From: Kiritimatiellia bacterium
Lineage (GTDB): Bacteria > Verrucomicrobiota > Kiritimatiellia > UBA8416 > JADHWI01
Direction of reading: 5' to 3'
NCBI GenBank assembly: GCA_030744755.1
Contig: JASLPY010000088.1
Coordinates: 1 to 18,782, forward strand
Length of the DNA: 18,782 nt
In this document: one piece after another, positions 13,717-18,782 of the stretch
Position numbering within the stretch: position 1 is the first letter of the stretch
Layout: the number at the start of each line of letters is the position of its first letter
Translations under genes and position numbers: made by a program
Notes under the pieces: generated by a model
Told to the model about the DNA's origin: nothing
What the model saw: only the letters and a program-made list of their open reading frames with translations
The model's database searches: none

Positions 13717-14556
13717 TCACTTCCCGAAAAAACGTTTTCTCACGCTGATTCTTATGCTGCGAGGCAGGCCACGCTCCTCCGTGATTCTGTTGAAAATCTT
13801 CATTGCCTGAATTCGTGTGATGCTCACGTCGAACATATCGGCAAGAAGTCGCTTGGCCACTTCGGAGGCGTACTCGTCAAACGCCTCCCGGCTTCGCTTC
13901 AGTTCACGCGCTGCCGCCATCTTAAGCTGGTTGGCTTTCTCTCCTGTCCGTCCATCACCCGGTGAAGACGACTTCGTATCCCCAACTTCATCTTTCAGTT
14001 TCCGCCGCTGATCTTCCTTGGCTGCAGAAAGACGTGCTTCCAGGGCTGCCGCGCTGGTTCTCTTGGCTGCCGCCAGTTTCTCGTCGAACACCGGCGGGAG
14101 AACAATGGTGCCGGGTTTGCGCAGGGGAGTGGTGGTTTCTGGTTCTTGCGCCGCTTCTTCTCCGGCGATCCTCTCGAGGGCTTCAAGGGAGACGGGTTGT
14201 CCGTGTTTCAACCTGTGGCCTACCACCGCCGGGGTTTCCATTCGTTTGCGCAGGTCGCCGAGTGTTTCTATAAACGCGTTTTTGACGATTCTCCTGGGTT
14301 CTCCGGGTCCACGCTCACCGAGGATCTCGATATCCCCGTCATCGATCCAGTTCTGAATCGCTCTGCGCGTGGCCCCGAGCATTCGTGCGGCTTCGCTGAC
14401 GGACAGCGTTCGGAGGTTGTCGGCGGCCTCGGCCTCGAGGTAGCCCCGGTCGAACAGCCAGTGGCCGGCTTCGGACTTCATTGCCCACGGAGGAGGGGTT
14501 CCGTTGTGCTCCCTGGCGTATAGATATGCACGCTGCACGTAGGCGCCGGGTTTCAA
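13717..14556 (-). CDS. HTH (excisionase/MerR-like HTH_17) DNA-binding protein, otherwise uncharacterised
   Basis: The helix-turn-helix is LSVSEAARMLGATRRAIQNWIDDGDIEI. The start is TTG at 14556 with AGAAGG upstream. An internal ATG at residue 26 is an alternative start. Confidence 0.55.
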   Translation of the reverse strand: MKPGAYVQRAYLYAREHNGTPPPWAMKSEAGHWLFDRGYLEAEAADNLRTLSVSEAARMLGATRRAIQNWIDDGDIEILGERGPGEPRRIVKNAFIETLGDLRKRMETPAVVGHRLKHGQPVSLEALERIAGEEAAQEPETTTPLRKPGTIVLPPVFDEKLAAAKRTSAAALEARLSAAKEDQRRKLKDEVGDTKSSSPGDGRTGEKANQLKMAAARELKRSREAFDEYASEVAKRLLADMFDVSITRIQAMKIFNRITEERGLPRSIRISVRKRFFGK

Positions 14557-14655
14557 TGCGCCTTCTATTGCCTCTACGTCACGGCTTTCCAGCCAGTGAC
14601 GTTCGGGCGAGCCAGGACTGGAGCCCTTATTGCTGATGGTCTGGCCTCGGGTTTC

Positions 14656-14931
14656 TCAGTCAAACGTGTAGTGCTTGCGAACGTCACCCAGGATCTTCCA
14701 TGTACATCTCATTCCCACCGGAAAGACAACCAGGTCACCTTTTCCCATGGAAACGGGTTCTCCGCCCTCCGGGGTAACCTCCACCTCACCGTCCAGGAAA
14801 TAGCATGTCTCCTGGGATGAATAGGACCATGGAAACTCAGATACCTCCTTGGTCCAGATGGGCCAACCCATCACTCCCAGCTCCGACAGCTTCTCATCAC
14901 TCGGGTTCTTGTCGACATCTATTTCACTCAT
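14656..14931 (-). CDS. Small cupin-fold protein (DUF861/Cupin_3-like)
   Basis: It is 91 aa. GGAGG lies 7 nt upstream of the ATG. The pattern GWPIWTKE...CYFLDGEVEVTPEGGEP...GDLVVFPVGMRCTWKI is characteristic of the single-domain cupin_3 family. It sits 17 nt downstream of the TerB-like gene. Confidence 0.75.
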   Translation of the reverse strand: MSEIDVDKNPSDEKLSELGVMGWPIWTKEVSEFPWSYSSQETCYFLDGEVEVTPEGGEPVSMGKGDLVVFPVGMRCTWKILGDVRKHYTFD

Positions 14932-14948
14932 AGAGGAGCCTCCCCGTG

Positions 14949-16364
14949 CTATGTGTATCTGGAAACTTCAGGTGACTCAGCCAGCAGACGATGATTCAAC
15001 GGGCCGGTGCCGCTGTTCTTGACGGCCCGCCTTATTATCTTGAGCCCTCCCTGGATGCCGGAAGGGATGACACCGTCCACCAGCCTGCTGTCTGTGTATG
15101 AGCAACCATGAACAGTCTTGCGGATGTTCCTGGCCACCGAACCGAATCCCTGCGTCTTGACCTCGCGAAACCGCCACCGTCCCCATACCTTGACCTTGTC
15201 GGGCATGGCTTCCATGGCGGATTCAATGTAGTTCAGCTTCAAGAACGGGCATAGGCGATAGGGCTGAAGGTTTTCCTCCAGTTTCCTTATCATCTGGTCT
15301 TTGTCGAAGACAAAAACATCTTCCGACTTGAACGCTCCGCACGTGAACCATTCGCCGGATGACGACCAGTTCATGTCCGCCTTACGGCAGCCCCAGGTGT
15401 TAAGTTCGTCTGCACCAAGGCCAAAGCAGTATTCCGCCGGATGCTCCGACATCGCCCTTGCCCTTGCGCATGCGCAGAAACCAAAAACGCTTCCCCATGC
15501 GGTCTCAACCCCGTTTATGTAGAGGCGCCTCTTAGGTAGTTGAGAAACGGCCATGGCTGTTCTTGCAAGCTCGGCGACGGAATCGACCAGCCAGACTCCG
15601 TAATGCCATTTCTCTCCGCGCAACTCGTACTCACCCGATTCGTCGGCTGATTCGAATGCCTTAAGCTCACGCTTCAGAAAAAGAGATAGCGATGAGCAGA
15701 ATTCGATCGTGATACCCTCGTCCGGTGGCGTAAATTTCTTCTCCGGCGCAGCGGGCACGGGTGGAGGGGCTTCCCGCTCGGGTCGCAGGACCTCTTTCTT
15801 CTCAACGACCGCAGGTGCCGGAGTTGGCTTCGGTTTCTTCCTGGACGCCGACTTGGGTCTGGCGAGCGCCCTTGCCCTTGGAGGCTTCTGCGTCCTGGTT
15901 ACTTCTTTTGATCTAGTGCGCCGCGCGGTGGCCCTCGCGGGTGTGGCTTTCTTCCTCCTTTTTGGCTGACCACTGGATTTTGGTACGGGCGCGTCTTTCA
16001 CGATTTTCCGGAGCCGGGATTGTGCCTTCTTGACCATCATGTCCATGTCGGCCTGGACATAGCCGAGAACATCAGTCATTTTCTCTATGGGTTTGATCTC
16101 CGAGCTATCCAGCTTGCCGTCGGACAGCGCCACCATTATCATGTCTTCTATGTTCGCACTTCGCTGGCTTGGCGTTCCCAGGGGCTTGAGCTTGTAGTCG
16201 CCCGACGCAAGAAGGCGCGTGGCATCCTCAACGACAGAAGCATCGGCTTCAATGCGGCTGATGATCCATCGAATCGCCAGTTTCTCCTGGAGCGCAACGA
16301 CATCATCGGCGCCGGCAATGGTGAGAACATTGGCGAGATAAACAACTTTCTCGGCTCTGTTCAT
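14949..16364 (-). CDS. TerB-domain protein with a Lys/Arg/Pro-rich basic linker and an unassigned Cys/Trp-rich C-terminal domain
   Basis: GGAAGGAG RBS precedes the start. The N-terminal ~120 aa match the TerB pattern (MIMVALSDGKLDSSEIKPIEKMTDVLG). Residues ~125-200 are KP-rich (PKRRKKATPARATARRTRSK...RKKPKPTPAP). The C-terminal ~270 aa (WHYGVWLVDS...FGFCACARARAMSEHPAEYCFGLGADELNTWGCRKADMNWSSSGEWFTCGAF...) are not recognised. Confidence 0.65.
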   Translation of the reverse strand: MNRAEKVVYLANVLTIAGADDVVALQEKLAIRWIISRIEADASVVEDATRLLASGDYKLKPLGTPSQRSANIEDMIMVALSDGKLDSSEIKPIEKMTDVLGYVQADMDMMVKKAQSRLRKIVKDAPVPKSSGQPKRRKKATPARATARRTRSKEVTRTQKPPRARALARPKSASRKKPKPTPAPAVVEKKEVLRPEREAPPPVPAAPEKKFTPPDEGITIEFCSSLSLFLKRELKAFESADESGEYELRGEKWHYGVWLVDSVAELARTAMAVSQLPKRRLYINGVETAWGSVFGFCACARARAMSEHPAEYCFGLGADELNTWGCRKADMNWSSSGEWFTCGAFKSEDVFVFDKDQMIRKLEENLQPYRLCPFLKLNYIESAMEAMPDKVKVWGRWRFREVKTQGFGSVARNIRKTVHGCSYTDSRLVDGVIPSGIQGGLKIIRRAVKNSGTGPLNHRLLAESPEVSRYT

Positions 16365-16673
16365 TGGTTAACTCCTTCCCAGGCATCAGGACAGAATTCG
16401 CTTAAGCGTTACAATCTTAGCCAACCCCGACCTCAATAGCCAACGATAATAGTTGTCAGTATTGTGCAAACCCAACGCCGTTTCGGCCATTACAATCGTT
16501 GATTCTGTTTGTAATAAAGGAATTCGACCCGTTCCCCCCGCAGCTCCCGACAAGACGGTTCGGAGCGTAGAGTGACTACGGACACCGATGGACGTGACGT
16601 TTTGCAGAAGTTGGGAGGGTCCGCGGCCTCGCGGACCGTGCACAATGATCGCGAGACTTTAGTGCAATCCCAA

Positions 16674-18674
16674 TCATCGAGTGCTACGTTGAGTAGCGGG
16701 CTGCACCGTGCCGAACTCGAACGCGCCAATGTCGGGTGCGGACCCGAGATAGTCATCGTTGATCCCGGGGATGGCCACACCTTTGTCGATCAGGGGGCTC
16801 TTTGGATCCAGGTGGAAATCCCCCTTTGCCGCGTCTGCGAATCCGGGTTCAACCGACATGCCGTGTGATTCCTGGCCGGTTGCGGAGGCGAATGCACCGA
16901 GCGTACCATGGTTGCTTCCCGCCCACCTGATGAAGCGTGCGGCGTGCGTGGTATGCAGGTTGTCGTAGTCGAAATCGACGGGATTGATCGAGCTCCAGCT
17001 CTCCAGCGCGTACTCGGTTCCGGCATAGATGTTGTTGCGCGAGACGATGTTGGTCCAGTCACTGTATTGCTTGAACAGGAACCCGTCCTGCCCGGCTACG
17101 TCCGTGTAGCAGGTGTTGTGATAAATGTGAACCCACTCGATGGCCAGGGATGAGCCGACGTTGAACTTGAACGGATAGCCCTCGTACCTGCCAACGTCGT
17201 GCCAGCCTGAAAGCACATTTCGAAAAATGTAGAACGGCCCGCCGTCGGCAGGTGCCACGGAAACCCCCGTCAGAAAGTCGCGCATGACGTTGCCGTAGAT
17301 CCTGATGTTGCTGCCGGCACCGTCAGTCTCGACACAGTCGTCGCGACAGCCGGTCATTATGTTGCCGTGATAGTCGAGCTCCGTGGTCGGTCCCGCGGCA
17401 TACTGGGAACAGATGTGAGGGCCGTCGAACATGTTGGAGAAGATGTTGAAGCGAATGACCGTACCACGGCTGGCCTGGTCACTGCCGTAGATGGCGACGC
17501 CGCCGGACTCGTAGCCGATCCCTCCGCTTTTGACCGCCGGCCATGACCATTGGTCGATCGGCGATTCCGAAAACGTACAGTGTTGAATCGTGTTGAAATC
17601 GGCGGCACGTTTCAGTCCGACACCAAGGACGTTGTGATGGAAGATGCAGCGGTCCAGAAGGTTGTAGTCGCCGCCGTCGATGTAGATGCCGCGATGGTAG
17701 GTGCCGTACCCGTAGTAGCAGAATGTCAGGCCCCGTATCTGGATATGGGACTTGCGATCGATCACAATGCCCGTGGTGTGGGCGGGAATCGTGAAGACAT
17801 TCGCGCCGGGAGGTACGCCGCCGGGAAAGCGCACGTAGATGTGTTTGCCATCGGCGAAGTATCCGCCGGGCTGATTCCACTTGTTGGCGCTGAGATCGCT
17901 CAACCGCTTGTAATGGAACAGGTGGCCTCCGTTGAGATAGGCGTTGACCGGTTGTCGATCGGACGGCGTGCGATAGACTGCATTGGGGGCGTCAAAAACG
18001 GCCCAGGCGGGCACGAAGTCTGTGTCGGTACCGTCAAGCACGGCGGTTTGCCCTTCGGCGCAGCGGATGACTATGGGGGCGTTCGGACTACCCGACCGCG
18101 GCGCATGTAGCTCCCCCTCGTAGTAGCGCCCCCCGTAGATCAGCACGTTGTCGCCGGGACCGGCGAAGGAAAGGGCCTGGCCAAGCGTCTTGAATGCTGT
18201 CGCGAAGCTCTTCCCGTCGTTTGCATCGCTTCCGCCGGTCGCCGAGACATGGTATGTGCCGTTGGAGGCATCGGGAAACCGGTCGGGGCGGGTGGAAGCA
18301 GTGACCACCAGGTTGGACGCAAAGGCGGATGATTCCAGCAGGAGGGAGTAAGCAGTACCGTCATTCAGCATAAACGCACTTCCCGCAAACCGCGTGGGCG
18401 AAGTCCGGGACAGAGGGTGAATCTTCCTGTAGTTTGTATCACCATCCTTCCGAATTGACATCTCGACAGCAGTCGGTCCCGGCGGCGCGGCAAAGTCCAC
18501 CAACACGCCAAGGTTGTTGAAAGTCGGTGTGACCGTCACGGTTTGCCCGTGCGCGGTTACCGCCCACGCAGCCAGGAACAGAGCGCGGAGCGTCGGAAGC
18601 GCCTTCCACGCGGTGCCGTTCTCAAAAAGCGCTTTCACAAGCGACAAGATTACAGAAGTTCCCCGTGAATGCAA
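16674..18674 (-). CDS. Secreted right-handed parallel beta-helix repeat protein (pectate-lyase-fold; probable polysaccharide lyase/hydrolase or adhesin)
   Basis: PbH1-type repeats are present (NVLIYGGRYYEG, IVIDRKSHIQIRGLTF, IYIDGGDYNLLDRCIFHHN, VIRFNIFSN, NIRIYGNVMRDF). The C-terminal DIGAFEFG is typical of this family. The signal peptide is ...ALFLAAWAVTAHG. The annotated start is TTG; GTG at 18638 gives a cleaner signal peptide (MKALFENG...). Confidence 0.8.
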   Translation of the reverse strand: MHSRGTSVILSLVKALFENGTAWKALPTLRALFLAAWAVTAHGQTVTVTPTFNNLGVLVDFAAPPGPTAVEMSIRKDGDTNYRKIHPLSRTSPTRFAGSAFMLNDGTAYSLLLESSAFASNLVVTASTRPDRFPDASNGTYHVSATGGSDANDGKSFATAFKTLGQALSFAGPGDNVLIYGGRYYEGELHAPRSGSPNAPIVIRCAEGQTAVLDGTDTDFVPAWAVFDAPNAVYRTPSDRQPVNAYLNGGHLFHYKRLSDLSANKWNQPGGYFADGKHIYVRFPGGVPPGANVFTIPAHTTGIVIDRKSHIQIRGLTFCYYGYGTYHRGIYIDGGDYNLLDRCIFHHNVLGVGLKRAADFNTIQHCTFSESPIDQWSWPAVKSGGIGYESGGVAIYGSDQASRGTVIRFNIFSNMFDGPHICSQYAAGPTTELDYHGNIMTGCRDDCVETDGAGSNIRIYGNVMRDFLTGVSVAPADGGPFYIFRNVLSGWHDVGRYEGYPFKFNVGSSLAIEWVHIYHNTCYTDVAGQDGFLFKQYSDWTNIVSRNNIYAGTEYALESWSSINPVDFDYDNLHTTHAARFIRWAGSNHGTLGAFASATGQESHGMSVEPGFADAAKGDFHLDPKSPLIDKGVAIPGINDDYLGSAPDIGAFEFGTVQPATQRSTR

Positions 18675-18782
18675 GCTGTGCTCAGTTCGAGGATTTACCG
18701 CAGTTATGTGGAGTGCGGGATTATGTTGAGTAGATACCGTAAGTCTCTGTGAATGAAGACACAGGGCTAAGAACTACTTAAC

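Noticed and set aside
11590-16420. Shared 10-mer ACAATCTTAG at ~11593 and ~16411 as a common operator
   Set aside because: There are only two copies, in opposite orientation relative to their downstream genes, and the chance expectation is not negligible. It is insufficient for a regulatory call.
1-18782. CRISPR arrays or cas genes
   Set aside because: No regularly spaced direct repeats with unique spacers were seen anywhere in the window, and no cas-like ORFs either.

Overview
High-GC (~58-60%) chromosomal window, best fitting a Planctomycetes/Verrucomicrobia/Lentisphaerae-type genome. The gene content is dominated by envelope and signalling functions. From left to right the window holds: (1) a lambda-CII-like HTH regulator divergent from an NfeD(YqiJ)-flotillin(YqiK/FloT) pair. 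(2) A tightly coupled four-gene minus-strand operon. Its start/stop codons overlap as ATGA and TAATG. It encodes two polytopic membrane proteins, an 815-aa protein with an N-terminal multi-TM domain, a VIT domain, a vWA domain and a textbook PEP-CTERM sorting signal, and a small 2-TM protein. No recognisable exosortase is present in the window. (3) Divergent from that operon, an ECF sigma factor with the N-terminal TRWS motif typical of the kinase-associated ECF group. It sits next to a 708-aa transmembrane Ser/Thr kinase whose ectodomain is a canonical C-type lectin domain (EPN and WND motifs) followed by leucine-rich repeats. (4) A membrane-anchored coiled-coil protein, a scramblase/tubby-fold protein, an excisionase-like HTH protein, a TerB-domain protein with a KP-rich basic linker and an unassigned Cys/Trp-rich C-terminal domain co-operonic with a small cupin, and a secreted parallel beta-helix protein. 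The non-coding DNA is unusually structured. It contains a perfect 22-bp-stem hairpin upstream of the sigma gene, two mutually inverted palindromic hairpins flanking an 85-bp segment, a MITE-like IR-bounded segment with a strong terminator-like hairpin, and a ~34-40 bp motif repeated 13 kb apart, each copy just downstream of an HTH-protein gene. No tRNA, rRNA, CRISPR array, integrase or transposase was seen. The most interesting candidate for something new is the PEP-CTERM / VIT-vWA / polytopic-membrane operon together with its neighbouring ECF-sigma / lectin-receptor-kinase pair. Coordinates of small hairpins and repeats may be off by 1-2 nt.
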